From Eledone cirrhosa (lineage: Eukaryota), in the NCBI GenBank assembly GCA_964016885.1, contig OZ024740.1:342612001-342676000 (forward strand): 64,000 bases of DNA, read 5' to 3'. Numbering within the stretch: the stretch's first letter is position 1; each line of letters opens with the position of its first letter. Made by a program: the position numbers and the translations under genes. This document shows, piece after piece, positions 39,201 to 52,254 of the stretch. The notes beneath the pieces were generated by a model. That model saw only the letters and a program-made list of their open reading frames with translations, was not told the origin of the DNA and ran no database searches.

Positions 39201-39825
39201 GAGAAGACTACGTTGGTATGGTCACGTGATGCGCATGAAAGATGAAAGCTGTATAAAAAAGTGCAGGGCAATCAAAATTGATGGAAGTTACGGAGTAGGT
39301 AGACCCAGAAAAACCTGGAACGACATGATAAAATCCAACCTTGCATACTTACACCTCTCTAAGACAATGTCATTGGATTGAGATCTTTGGCGCTACGCAG
39401 TAAAACAGAAGTCCCAACTTCTATATTTACAAATTTAACCTACAGTCAGTAGGCAAATATACACCCCAACCCACTAACCCTACTCCATCCTCCCACTCCC
39501 ACCAAGACCATTCTTTCTCTGTAAAGTTATATTGGTACCACAGGATATCCAGTCCAAACTAAAGAGGCCGTGTAGGTGTCATGACAAAAGAAACACCCAG
39601 TCCTCGCTGTAAAGTGGTCGTGTAGGAAACACAGTAAAAAGGCTCCCAGTCCACACTGTAAATGTGGTTGGTGTCAGGAAGGGCATCAACCATAGAAAAC
39701 CTGCCAGATACAGTCCTATACGAGCGAGACTCAGTCACCCGATCAATCTTGCCTCAAGTAGGACAATTCCCATCTAACCCATGCTAGCATGGAAGATAGA
39801 CGTTAAACGATGATGATGATGATAT
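36250..39825 (+). mobile_element. Second near-full-length RTE LINE, heavily decayed
   Basis: Colinear with the 20.2-23.9 kb copy (AGDLNGHVG, KAFDRV, LYADD, LRWYGHV). Many stops and indels, (GAT)n tail. Confidence 0.93.
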
Positions 39826-40784
39826 ATATATTAAAAAAACAGAACTTTCTATTCTTCTACAAATTTGGCTGATATGATTTTCATTGAACATCTGCTTTTC
39901 CGTGTTGGCATTGGTTGGAATGGATGGTTATAGACCAAGTCAGTACTTAATTGGAGCTATTGTCCTCACAGATGGCTTAGGATCTACATCTCACTTATAT
40001 ATGTTCCACTTTTCACATGACCTCTATATGAACATCCTATGAACAACCAGATTACGGAGTGTAGTACTGGATGCATTTTATCATAGCATCAGCACTAGTG
40101 AGGTTGTCATGTCCTTGACACAAATACAAAGTTCACTCAACCCTTTGTTAGGCATGGTTCTGTAGCTGGATGCCTTTCCTTACAATATGTACTGTGTGCA
40201 TTCTATACTGACATACCTGTTTTGAAATTATATAAAGAATTTAGAGTTCCTTATTATGGTGGAGTAGAACCTTTTACTTTCATTAATTTTGAGTTTACTC
40301 ATCTACTAATGGCTAATGTTTTTGTTTTTTTTAAATCTCACTCCATATTGTAAATTCCACCAAAATAATACGGAAAATAAAGAATTCCAAAACGTTTAAG
40401 AGAAGGTACCATAGAACCAAGTAAATAATTATGATAAACAGGTTTTTGTTCCTACTGTCAATTCTGGAAAAAAAGACATCTAGAGGTTTTTTCTCAAAAC
40501 ATCAACTAAGTATTTTGCAAAGCTTGAGACTTATCCAGTTTCTCATATGGATGACCTGGTCAATGATATATCCAAACACAAATATTATAGCAACATTTGT
40601 TAAACTGTTATGAGAAAGAAAGTTCTATGTATTATCCTTTAATCAATTTAAAAGACATAGATTGTTAGAAGTCTAGATATAAGGGACATAACTGCTTTTA
40701 TAGATAAACAGCTCTTACCCTCACAAAAGGTATACCGTATTCCTGACAAAGCTATATATGGCAAAATATATAAGATATCCATTT

Positions 40785-40917
40785 TATGGATATTTTATCA
40801 TCTAGGTATATGGCATCAACAGTTTTATTATCTGTATATAATATGGTATCAACAGTTTTATCATCTATATATAGTATAGTATGGACAATTTCATCACATA
40901 TATATGGTATAGACAAT
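40785..40917 (+). repeat. Minisatellite, ~33-bp unit
   Basis: About four TATGGYATCAACAGTTTTATYATCT-like units. Confidence 0.7.
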
Positions 40918-42322
40918 GATGGAAATAGTGGAGGCTATGCAGTGGGATGGCATTCCTCTACTTTCCACTTTCGGAAGAATGGAGCTTATAGCATCTGCCC
41001 CTCCTTTCCAACTTCAACTTCACAAACTTTAGTGTAGTCTTAGTTCCTAAAACCCATTTCTGTGACTAGGTATATAGATTGGATAAGTCACTTAAACAAC
41101 ATATCACTACTCAGTTCACTCCTTTGTCAACTCATCTGTGAAGCTTAGCACACTAACATTTGTCATTCTTTGTTGTGGGTGTCTTCTTAACTCTTAACAT
41201 TCTCTTTTTTTTACCCAGCATCCATAGTCTATTCACATTGCATGTACATACTTGTACACTCATCTCTTTTGTTTATATTGGTTGATGCCTTTAATACATA
41301 GCTACTCTTAGATAAAGTGTATTCTTTTGTGTAAGTTAATATTGCACATCTAATGGATTGTGTTCAAATCATTTATCCCCAACATCCAATGGTCGTATCT
41401 CATTACCGTGTATCATCATCTTATATATGCTTCATCTGGCTTTTTACACAGAAAGGGAAGCCTTTTATTACAAAAAATAACTGCACTTTAAGCTTCTTCA
41501 ACCTTTCCTTTCCCTAACTACTACACTTTCATTACAATCACATAAATAATCCAGTACTAATTAAATCACCTAGATCACATAAATTATTAATTACTTCTAA
41601 CAAACCATCTGAGTAGTTTATGAACTTCATTTCATTCCTGGCTCTACTACCAACTACTTGAATGTATCTAATTAGTGCATTTGAAATCCTAGTTATTTGT
41701 CTATCAGAAATTCCACTGCATCTTCTGTATACCTATTGTTTACACATTAGTATAGAATACTGAGTTCCAACTAACCCTCTTCACACATATTGAGCTATAC
41801 AAATTCCACATGAATGTAGGCATAGCAGTGTGATTAAGAAGTTTACTTTTCAATTATATTTTTACAGGTCTGATCCCATTGTGCGGCACATTGGGTAAGT
41901 GTCTTCTACCACTGCCTCAGGTCGACAAAAGACTTGTGAGAGAAGTTTGGTAGGTGGAAAATGAATGGAAGCTCATTGGGGAAACCATTCTTGTTCTTGA
42001 ATGATAGACTGAATACATTGCCCAGTTTAATATCACTAACTGGCCATTGGGTGTCTTTAGCACACTGTTGCAAGCATTTAGGCCATGTCTCCAATTTGAG
42101 TATAACTCCCTCGCACTAATCTAAACAGTCTTCAATAAGTTCATGGGTGTTATCTTTCCTTTTCTGACTGAGGACTAGGATCTTGTGTTCCTTACTACCT
42201 AGCACTTTGCTCTTTGACATGTTGATATTTTATTTTTTTAACATTTGATATGTTGTGTGTGGCCCTTTGGGATATTCTGATACCAATAAAAATGTTGGTG
42301 ATGAACAATTACAAAATCTTAC

Positions 42323-42507
42323 CATTTTTATTTCTAAAAAATTTTTTCCAAATGTATTCAGCTTTGCGTCTCTGAACCTCCGCATCCTTTATCTTCATCA
42401 TTTCAGAAACCATTTCAATAAACTGCAGGGGTTGAACAGATTTTTGTTTCAAGAGAAATCTTCGAAAATCAACTCGGTATTTGGGACTCAGGGCCTCTTC
42501 AAAGTAT
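42323..42507 (-). CDS. RGSL1-like exon B, RGS-domain helices: YFEEALSPKYRVDFRRFLLKQKSVQPLQFIEMVSEMMKIKDAEVQRRKAEYIWKKFFRNKN
   Basis: attttcag| ... |gtaaga, 185 nt, phase 2-1, open frame. RGS pattern F..FL......L.F...V......A..I..KF. Confidence 0.85.
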
Positions 42508-43029
42508 CTGAAAATAACAATAAGTATTATTATTCTTGTGGATTGGCAGTATCGGTAGAGGGTCGGACGCCATGCTTTGACGCATAGAGTTACGTCCCTT
42601 TCTATTCTGAGTTCAAATCTCGCCGAGGTTAACTTTGCCTTTCATCCTTACGGGTCGATAAAATAAGGTACCAGTAATGCACTGGGTAATTGCTGGCCTT
42701 GTACCAAAAGTAGAAACAATTATTATTCTTTTTTAGATATCTCATCTCCATACACATATACACATGTATCTGTGTCTATATCATGACTCATTCACTGTTC
42801 ACTTTCCTGACATTTGTACATTATTCTATGTACTATACATGCACCTTTGATGAGTTGTAGTGTACCTGAGCACTGTACACAATAATTTTAACTTTGCCTT
42901 TCATCCTTACGGGGTCGATAAAGTACCAGTAAAGTACTGGGATAATTGCTGGCCTTGTGCCAAAAAGTAGAACAATTATTATTATTTTAAGGCTTTAATC
43001 ATGGAATAGCTCTAACTATTATGAAATCA

Positions 43030-45830
43030 TCATTACCATTTAACATCTATTTTCTATGCTTGCATAGGTTAGATAGGTTGTCATGTTCTGAGGCCAGACA
43101 GATCAGATGAACACACCCTGCCCATACATTCCACTTTGGTTTGATTTCTATGGCCAGATGCTCTCCCAAACACTAACCACTTTACCGGGTGGACTGGGTG
43201 CTTTTTGTCATAGCACCTACACTATCAACTTACAAGGTAGACTGAGTGCTTTTGTTATGGCATCAGTACTACCACTTTACAGGGTTAAATGAGTTGTCAC
43301 CTTCCAAGAGTAGACTGGTCAGGTGACCACGTCTAGCTCATACATTTTATTTTGCTAAGATTTCTATGGCTAGATGCCTTTCCTAACTTCAACTGAGCAT
43401 TTGTACTACCACCGTACAGTGTAAATTATCATGGTAGGGCATCGCTGGCTTTCCATACTGACACGGGTTAGATGAAGAAAGGAGGGGGTGCACCTTTGTC
43501 TGTATGCTGGAGGGATGAAAGGTGTGAGCCGGAGAGGACCAAGGTAGGAGAGGGGGACATAGTAAGGGAATGGAAAGTGGCCTACACAAGCAGGAATTGA
43601 CATGTCATTACACTTCTGTTCCATCACTATTGTCCTCTCCATGCTCATTTCATCCTGCTCATGTGTGAAGGCAGGTCTTCTGTAGTACAATCAACTCGAT
43701 GTGTCATCTCTTTCATGAAGTTTAGCTTCTCGAGGTTAAACTTCACCATATCATCTCACATTTTCCTAGGTCTTCTTCTTCCACATGTTTCATCACTTTT
43801 AAGCACTCTGCATTTCTTTATGCAAATGTCATTCTCCATATGCATCACATGTTCATGCCATCACATTCTCAAATTGCATCTGTCACCTCTTGTGCCTAAG
43901 TTAACTGATGCTTTGTCATTCATGAATACTATCATAAATCCATCAGAACAGGCTCACCTCATTTCTTTCCAATCCTCATGAGTCCTGTGCACACAAAGCC
44001 AAAGTCTCACTTCTATGTAGCATTGCCATTCACAAGCAACATACAGTTTGCCTTTCACTGTGAGGGAGAAACCTTTGTATCTAGAAGTGTAGTTGCTCCC
44101 AGAACGTTTTCCACCTAGTTCTCATTCTGGTAACTGTACTACAAGTTTTTTTTCAGATTTTCACTGATAATTTTTGAGGACTTGTATCTCCATTTTATAT
44201 CATTAATTTGATATAACTTGTCCAATCATTGCTGAATTGTTTCTTCTTTATTTTCATATATAACATATAAATTGTTTATTTTTATTTTACAGCTTTGATA
44301 ATGAGTAGTGAAAAAAATTCCAATAAGACACATTTTGCCAGTGGAAAAAAGGACTGAGTATAAGGCCAGCGACAAAATAAATTAATGATGTGGAAGGCCC
44401 AGGAACTTCCAATGAATGTGGGGTACAAAACTGGTTCAGACGTTTCAAGGAAGGTGGCACAAGCCTCGAAGATAAACCAAGATCGTGGAGACCTTCTTTT
44501 GTGGAAGATGATGCCTTACTTGAAATGGTGGAACCACAGCCAAGCACAAGTACTTGTACATTGTCAGTAGAACTTGGTCCTTCACAAAGCACCATCAATC
44601 AACACCTACATAAGCTCATGCTTGTGAACAGACATTGTCAAGAAGTTCCTCATGAACTGACCAATGACCAGGCTCAATAACTTGTGAACATTTGCAAACA
44701 ACAGCTAGCAAATCCTCAAGATGCCCATTTTGGGCATTGAGTTGTAACAGGGGATGAAAAATGAATTTATTTTAATGAAAAAACGCTTTTCAAAAGTAAT
44801 TTGTTTGAAATACGAAAAAACTTTTACCCACCCCCAGTGCTGAATTTGGTTGCCTAGATAATAGAACCTGTCAACTACTTTTAAGAAGCCATCAGAGCAT
44901 TTGATAGACCTTGTTTCATGTGAGTCCTTGCTACTTACTTCTCCTACATATCTGCCACACACACTGCTACATCTCTTGTGTATCCATAGTTTACATATAG
45001 TACACAGGATAGAATTTCTACCAACTCCTTTCCTACATACTGAGCATGACTTAAAGGCCTTTCAATTCTAGATTTTGCTTCAAAGTCTGGAATGTGTCCC
45101 ACCATACCAGCAACTATCCAGTTGCTTTGCTCTTTTTCATATCCCTGATTGCCTTACTTACCATACTGCTGCTAATTGGGATGGCTGGTCCCTCTGTTGG
45201 ATCTACTTGAAGCAGACCATTTCCTTCCATGCATTCAACAGTTTCTCCTAATGGCACTTCCACACTTTTTTCTTTCAGCATCAGTGAGGGCAAGAGTACC
45301 ACAATTATTTCAGATGCACTTCTACCTCACACACAGACTTGCAATCCTGAACACCTCATGCCTTTCATCTGTACAATGTAAAACATATGCAAACTTTCTA
45401 TTTTTCTCCTTGCTAAGTGAACCAGATGCATAGCTTCACTTCTATCTTCTTGATACTGTTCTTTGCTTCCTGCATTTTGCATGCTTCTTAGTTTTGATTG
45501 TCTCATCTACCCAACTATTCCACCACCATGTCACTATTCACCTCCCTGAGGCCTTGCACTAGCCATAGAACTTGTCTGTAGCCTTCAGCAAGTTATCACA
45601 ATGGAACCTCCACTGCTCTTCTATATTGCCAGTCTCTAACTCCTCTTCCTTAGTGTTATAAGCATCAATCAAGCAAGGCATACCTGAATTTGTCACCTGT
45701 TGAGGGCTCCCTTGGTTTCCATTTCCTTGTATCCATCTAGCTCTAACTCTAAAGTTGCTGACTACTAAGTTATGTTGAGTGATACACTCCTCCCCAGGAA
45801 GAGACCATGTTTACAGCCTTCAGTCTATCT
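43030..45830 (-). mobile_element. Old RTE LINE split by a mariner insertion
   Basis: RTE sequence at 43030-44140 resumes at ~44830 (YYLGNQI, QVDPTEGP motifs). Confidence 0.75.
44141..44820 (+). mobile_element. Mariner transposase remnant
   Basis: WFRRFKEGGTSLEDKPRS.RP helix-turn-helix region, EVPHELT (WVPHEL) and VVTGDEK. Stops, frameshifts and 3' truncation. Confidence 0.9.
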
Positions 45831-46271
45831 TGGTTTATAGATTACATTTAAAGCAATATACAAGGAATTTTAGGTCAGCAAATTGGTAAAGTTGGTAGAG
45901 CATAGGACAAAGTACCTTGTGGTATTTATTCTGAATCTCTGCATTTTGAGTTCAAATCCTGCTTAGATCAATTTTGCCTTTCATCTTTTCATGGTCAATA
46001 AAATATAGTACCACTCCAAGCACAATATGTAGAATTGTTAAGGTATCAAACAAGGTGCCATGTAATATTTGTTTCAGGTCTTTGTGTTCTGAATTCAAAT
46101 CATTTTGTTGCAAGCATTTTGATTAAGTTTTTCTCCTACCAATCTTGAGATTCTAAAATAAGAGACATGCACTACTCTTCCTTCCTTGACTAAACAGTGG
46201 GAAAAAAATTCTTCAGTGAGTTTTCATACTAGTTAAAAATTAAAATAAAAAAAATTAAAAAAAACACTTAC

Positions 46272-46355
46272 AGAGGTGGTAAATTTGGCCTCTTAGATCG
46301 CATATTTGTGAGGCCATATTTAGATGCTTTCAGATCAGATACGGACATATCTTTC
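46272..46355 (-). CDS. RGSL1-like exon A (most 5' exon I can support): KDMSVSDLKASKYGLTNMRSKRPNLPP
   Basis: Branch-like tactgac, acceptor aag|G, donor CT|gtaagt. 84 nt, phase 2-2, joins exon B in frame (PPL-YFEEAL). Confidence 0.55.
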
Positions 46356-46557
46356 CTTTTAAATTCATGTTTTTATACGTCAGTAAACATTAATGGAAAA
46401 ACCAATTCTATTATGGTGAAAATGCACTGAAACAAATTGTTAAATAAAATCAATTTCATCACAGGAATATTGTTAAGTGAATAAAGTTTTTTGGCAAAGA
46501 AATTTCTGGTAACAGAAGAAAAAAGTCGTACACTATAATACAAATACTAATTATTAT

Positions 46558-46893
46558 TTACGGCCCTTGCCATTCTGAGTTCAAATCCCGCCGAGGTTAA
46601 CTTTGCCTTTCATCCTTACGGGGTCGATAAAATAAAGTACCAGTAATGCACTAGTTAATTTGCTGGCCTTGTGCCAAAAGTAGAAACAATTATTATTAGG
46701 CATGATGTGGATTGACAGCACCGGTAGAGGGTCGGACGCCATGCTTGGAAGCACAGTTACATCCCTTTACGGACTGAGTTCAAATCCCGTCGAGGTTAAC
46801 TTTGCCTTTCATCCTTACGGGGTTGATAAAATAAAGTACCAATAATGCACTGGGTAATTGCTGGCCTTGTGTCAAAAGTAGAAACAATTATTA
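46558..46893 (+). mobile_element. Tandem pair of Nin/Deu-type SINEs
   Basis: Two head-to-tail copies. Confidence 0.9.
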
Positions 46894-46899
46894 TCAGGG

Positions 46900-47900
46900 C
46901 CTATGAGAGGAGTCCAGCTGGTACTTTGTTCCGGACCCCCAAGAGCTAAGAAGGCCCCACGGCATCCACGCAACAGCCATTTTAAGAGAAATCTTTGCCT
47001 GTTTCGGGCCCCAAAAGGGTCTTGTACTGCCTTGCAAAATTTCTCTTGGAAGACCTGATTATTATTATCATCGTCACATTTAACATCAGTTTTTCCATGC
47101 TGGCAAAGGTTGTTCATAGGCTAGAGGAAGATGCCTCATCTATGACGCCACTGTCAATGACTCTTTCGCTCGTGCTCACACCCTAGATGTGGAGATCACG
47201 ACACACCGTGCTGAACGGAATACACTTTTGAAATACTGTGATTTATCAGTAAAACGCTTTGTTTTTTGTTGTTTTGTTTTTTTTTGCTGTGGCAATGAAG
47301 TCGTTCAATGGGCTGCTGACCACAAGGTTCTTGTCATTGTTGCAGACCTGTTCACTCTCCCCGTTCGACGGGGAGACCTCCCATCCACTTTGAGGTGGGT
47401 GAGAGAAAATGGGTATAGCTTTCATGGGGGATTGGCAGTATCGGTAGAGAGTCGGACGCCATGCTTTCCAGCATAGTTACGTCCCTTTACAGTCTGAGTT
47501 CAAATCCCGTCAAGGTTAACTTTGCCTTTCATCCTTACGGGGTCGGTAAAATAAAGTACCAGTAATGCACTGGGTGATTGCTGGCCTTGTGCCTAAATTA
47601 GAAACAATTATGTAAAATCTTCCCATTTTGCCTAATTTCTCTCCGTTTGGGGGCACCTTTTTCATGGTCCTCCCCGTTATGGGTTTTTAGCGGTTGGCGG
47701 CTTGCCTTATTGAAGTACCAAGTGAAGCTTGTGAGGTTGGCTTGGCAATTTGAGCGCTTTTGCCTTGCTATCACCTGTGGCAATTCCGTGCCTTTGTTTG
47801 TCTTAGCATTCCCTGTTGTAGTGTGTAATTAAGTGTGCACATCTTTTTTTTTTTCTTCCTCTAATTTTTATTGATTTATTTCTTTTGTAAATCATATTTA
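46900..47900 (+). mobile_element. CRE-like retrotransposon 3' remnant (restriction-like endonuclease), interrupted by an RTE tail and a SINE
   Basis: Hand translation gives PRH...GRPD, RGRCLIYDATVNDSFARAH...AERNTLLKY and WQFERFCLAITCGNS. Confidence 0.7.
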
Positions 47901-48499
47901 TTACATAAATTGTCAAACATGCCATATTGTTGTTTTACTTGCCTTGAGCTCATCAAGTTTTCATATATGAAAAGGTGTATACTAAAATGTATTCATTAGT
48001 CTTGTAATGTTGTATAAATTTACAGTAGAATAACGTTGCAAATATGTTTTAAATATATACATAAATAACATAACAATGCGTAAATAACATTATTAATTGC
48101 TCGCAATTCGTTTAGAAGGACAAATATAATGTCTAAAACATCTTGTTTTCATAAATCAAAACAAATTATTAAAACGAATGCAAGGACTGTTTTGTCATAA
48201 ACCTCGTATTTCAAATTGAAACAAACATTATCTAACTCTAACCATTAACTTTACCTCTACTACTAAACACCAACTTTAATTTATATAATTGTTTCACCAA
48301 TTTGAAAAGCTGGATAATAACTAAGCGCCATTTTAATAGAGAAAACTTGTATTGTTCGAACCTGTAGACTCCCCAGCACCACTACCATCTCTGACTACAT
48401 CTATGTAAGAATGTGTAAGTTATTGCGATTATCTACGTTATCAAAGCCAACTTTACATTAGCTATATAGGTGGTGTGTATTAAATTACATAATGGTTAT

Positions 48500-49480
48500 T
48501 ATTTACAAAAATTACAAATAACATTTTTTTGTTTTAAAGAGAAGACATACAACAGGGAATGCTGGTGTTATCAGACTTACCTATAAACAACCTATTCAAT
48601 GAACTCAATAGCGACAATGAGCTTACTGAATTGACAAATTATAAGATTCTTAGTCACTGTATCCATCGCGAATTCTATCTATCAATGAAACTGGTTGTTT
48701 TGTTGTGTAGTAAAGGCTGATGTTAAGGTTCAATCATGAGTCAAACGTTTACAATAACGGACCAAAAAAAAGGATATTTTAAACTAACTCGAAATTTAGA
48801 AAATGTACTTCAATAAGATTTTCATGTTTAAGAATGTTCCATGTTCAGGCGGATTAAGTTTCAGAATTTTTAATTAAAACAATTACTGTAGCCTGTCAAC
48901 ACGATATACATTGGTTAAATTCTATCGTGATGGGTAAAAGATATTTTGAATGAGTATTTTATATTGACAAACGCTGGCATTAAAACGGCAATATGATGAC
49001 TGCAGTTCGTTTCAAAAAAAGAGCAAAAGTCTCGGACAACATTGTGACCATTGAGGTGTTTCAGCTCCGCCATCCAGTTCTACAGCAGAACTTGACTGAA
49101 TGCCATGCCCTCGCAATCAAACGATACTCAACAAAACAGCAACTGTCTCCGTATTGGAGTTTCCTTTAGGTTCGGTCTCCTAATTAATATACGAGAAACA
49201 CAGGTTACCAATCAATGCAGACGCTTTTGGTCTATTTGCTGTACCTTTTCCCACGACACGCTGCTCTATCAGATTGTAATACATGGCTTGGACGCGATCA
49301 GCTTTCCATCGCAGCTGGAACCGATAGGGTTGAACTGAGGGCGTAGCAAAAAAACTCAGCAGCATCACAAACTTCCCGTTCCAAGGTGCCCAGCCCTTAA
49401 CTGGGATGCGACTTACTTTCTCCAATGGAAACCTAGTGAGTTCAGTGTCAGATCAAGTCTCCATTTCCCGTAATGTTCTG
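48500..49480 (-). mobile_element. Very old CRE-like remnant
   Basis: Weak PVK-GLG-like and post-RT motifs. Shares the 3' word AGCATTCCCTGTTGTA with the 47.8 kb copy. Confidence 0.35.
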
Positions 49481-49654
49481 AAGGAATTGCGAGCAATTTA
49501 TGTTATTTACGCATTTGTTACGTTATTTTAATTCAATACCTGTACAGTTATTTTTATCTTGCATATTCGTATTTTTATTTTATGAAGTTTTAAAATTTCG
49601 ATATTTAAACAGTTTTAAGTAGCGTTTTTTTTGTTTTGTTTTTAAACTCCCTTA

Positions 49655-50420
49655 AAAATGAAAGTGTGCTGGCTTGCCTCAAAAATCATTCCCAGTACTC
49701 GCGACGTTGCTGTCTTTTGCTCTAGTGTTGGCTCCGTTGTTCACCCCTTCTTTTACATTTTCTTTAATATTGTAGCATTGAAAGAATATATCTTTCATTA
49801 TATCATCCTTTGTAGTGTTACAGAGGCATTTGTAATGTTATTTATGTATATATTTAAAACATATTTGTTATGCTATTCTACTGTAAATTTATTTATATGC
49901 TCTGTTTATATTTTCATTCTGAAAATGAAAATAAAACGAAAGAAAATTTGTTTAAAGGTAACAATTTTTAAAATTGATGTCACGAAATAATTCATCAAAG
50001 TTACTATTAAATGATTCTGATTATTAAAAAAATAAAGAAGATACAAACAAGACATCGATAAACCAATTCTTTCAGCCAGTGGCATTCGAGGCGCCTGGGA
50101 GAGCTGGACCGCTGACAGCGAAGTTTTTGTCATCGTTAGCACTTCGCTTTACTGAAGTGTCAGGGGGTACCCGTGAGGATACCTGGTTGTTTCAGCGCCT
50201 TAGCCTTAACAACAACCTGCCTTACCGAGGTGTCAGGTGATGCCCGTGAGGGTGCTTGGTTGTTTCAGTGCCTTAGTCTCGCTATCACCCGCAGTAATGC
50301 TACGAGTGTGTTGGCTTGCTTCAAAAATTTCCGTTGACTCTTGTGATGAGACCGATTGACGCACTTAGTGTTGAATTGATGTTTTTTTTCTCTCGCTTTG
50401 ATTATATATATTTTTTATAT
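49655..50420 (+). mobile_element. Two CRE-like 3' ends (49655-49860 and 50065-50420)
   Basis: QPVAFEAPGRAGPLTAKFLSSLALRFTEVSGGTREDTWLFQRLSL with an internal ~70-bp duplication. Shared GTGTGYTGGCTTGCYTCAAAAAT end. Confidence 0.75.
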
Positions 50421-50560
50421 TATATTTATAAGATTCTTAGCAATAATTAATTGATTATTTGTATGTACTTTTATTTAATCTTATATATTTGTTATATACA
50501 GAAAAAAAGAAACCAGAATACGACAAAGGTGAACATCTCTAAATTTCCAAAAGAAACAAA

Positions 50561-50968
50561 TAATAATTGTTTCAACTTTTGGCACAAGGCCAGCAATTAC
50601 CCAGTACATTACTGGTGCTTTATTTTATCGACCCCGTAAGGATGAAAGGCAAAGTTAACCTCGGCGGGATTTGAACTCAGATCGTAAAGGGACATAACTC
50701 TTTGCGTCAAAGCATGGCGTCCGACCCTCTACTGATACTGCCAATCCACCGCCCTTTGAATAAATCCACTTTGAATAAATAATTGTTTCTACTTTAGGCA
50801 CAAGGCCAGCAATTATTCAGTGCATTACTGGTACTTTATTTTATCGACCCCGTAAGGATGAAAGGCAAAGTCAACCTCGGCGGGATTTGAACTCAGATCG
50901 TAAAGGGACGTAACTATGCTGGAAAGCATGGCGTCCGACCCTCTACCGATACTGCCAATCCACCGCCC
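50561..50968 (-). mobile_element. Tandem pair of full-length Nin/Deu-type SINEs
   Basis: Two near-identical copies, each followed by CTTTGAATAAAT. Confidence 0.9.
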
Positions 50969-51399
50969 TTTGAATAAATAATGAATGAATATTACATAAT
51001 TTATGTAGTAAATTTCGAAAAAATAAATAATTTAAAATTGACTTCTTTTCAAAGTTGCACTTTCGGTATATCGTCGCCACCACCACCACCACTACCATAT
51101 ATATAGAAAGAGTGAGTGTGTGATGAGAGAGATAGAGAGATTATGATTTTCTACACGCTGACGCGTATGAGTGTGCACATACATATATCTATATGTATGA
51201 GTATATAACTATAATCGCGCAAACACAAACTTATAAAAATACACCCTCACGGACATACATTAACACAAATACACATACATTCACGCAAACATACATACAT
51301 TCACACATATACATTTACACAGACACACACATAGTCATGATAGCAGCGTTCGGTGAATTGGAAATGGGAGGGTAAAACAAGTATAACGTTTTATTTATT

Positions 51400-52090
51400 T
51401 ATTAACTTTTTTTTTTAAATTCATTTAATATAATGGTTACAGAACGAAAACACTAACAAATATAATATATACAAAGGGAAAGGAAAAAAAGAAAGAAAAA
51501 ATACACAAGCATTTAATGCATACATCTTAGACCACCGAACGATATACAGGCGAAAGAGTGAAAAAAACGAGTCGCTACCAGAGCAAAAGATAGAAATATA
51601 GCGAGGAGCACTGGGAAACCTCTCTAATAATTTTTGAGGCAGGCCAGCACGCTTGCAGCGTTACCGGGGGTGATGGCGAGGCTGAGATGCTGGAACAACC
51701 AAGTGTCCTCACAATCACCAGTTACCTCTGTTTGGCGAGCCGCCAGTGAAGATAAGAATCTCGCTGTCAGTAGCCCGACTCCCCAAAACGTCTCAAACGC
51801 CACAGGCTGGATAATGTAGTTAGCTGACAGAACACAGTATTTTAGGATTCCGTTCAGCTGCAGATGCTGTAGCTCTCGCCCTTACCACTGCATCCAGAAT
51901 GTGGGAAGAAGCAAAAGAGTCACTAACTGTGACGTCCCAGGTAAGGCACCTGCCTCTTGACCAGGAGCACAGAGTAAGACCGTCAAGTCTTTTCCCATCA
52001 ATTCAGGACAACCCAGATGGTTCCAAAATTGAGGGGATGTTTGCCCAGGCCAAAGCTCTTAAGTGGTAATAGGACAGCACGCGAGTTTGT
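51400..52090 (-). mobile_element. CRE-like retrotransposon 3' remnant, best-preserved copy
   Basis: ANIPSILEPSGLS*IDGKRLDGLTLCSWSRGRCLTWDVTVSDSF...QPVAFETFWG...WLFQHLSLAITPGNAASVLACL, the CRE RLE signature. Confidence 0.85.
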
Positions 52091-52254
52091 CGGCGTTCTT
52101 AAATTAGAGACACGTGTGTGTGTCACTGTCTTTAAGTGAGACATATATGTGTGTATCCCTTTCCTTCCTTTTACACACACATACATTCACACAAATACAC
52201 ATACACATTGCGTGATGGACGGGTGGACAGAAGTCCCTCAAATTTATATACATG

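Noticed and set aside
50561-50968. tRNA genes or a CRISPR-like array suggested by recurring repeats
   Set aside because: These are tRNA-derived SINEs with no cloverleaf. There is no repeat-spacer periodicity or cas gene, and the context is eukaryotic.
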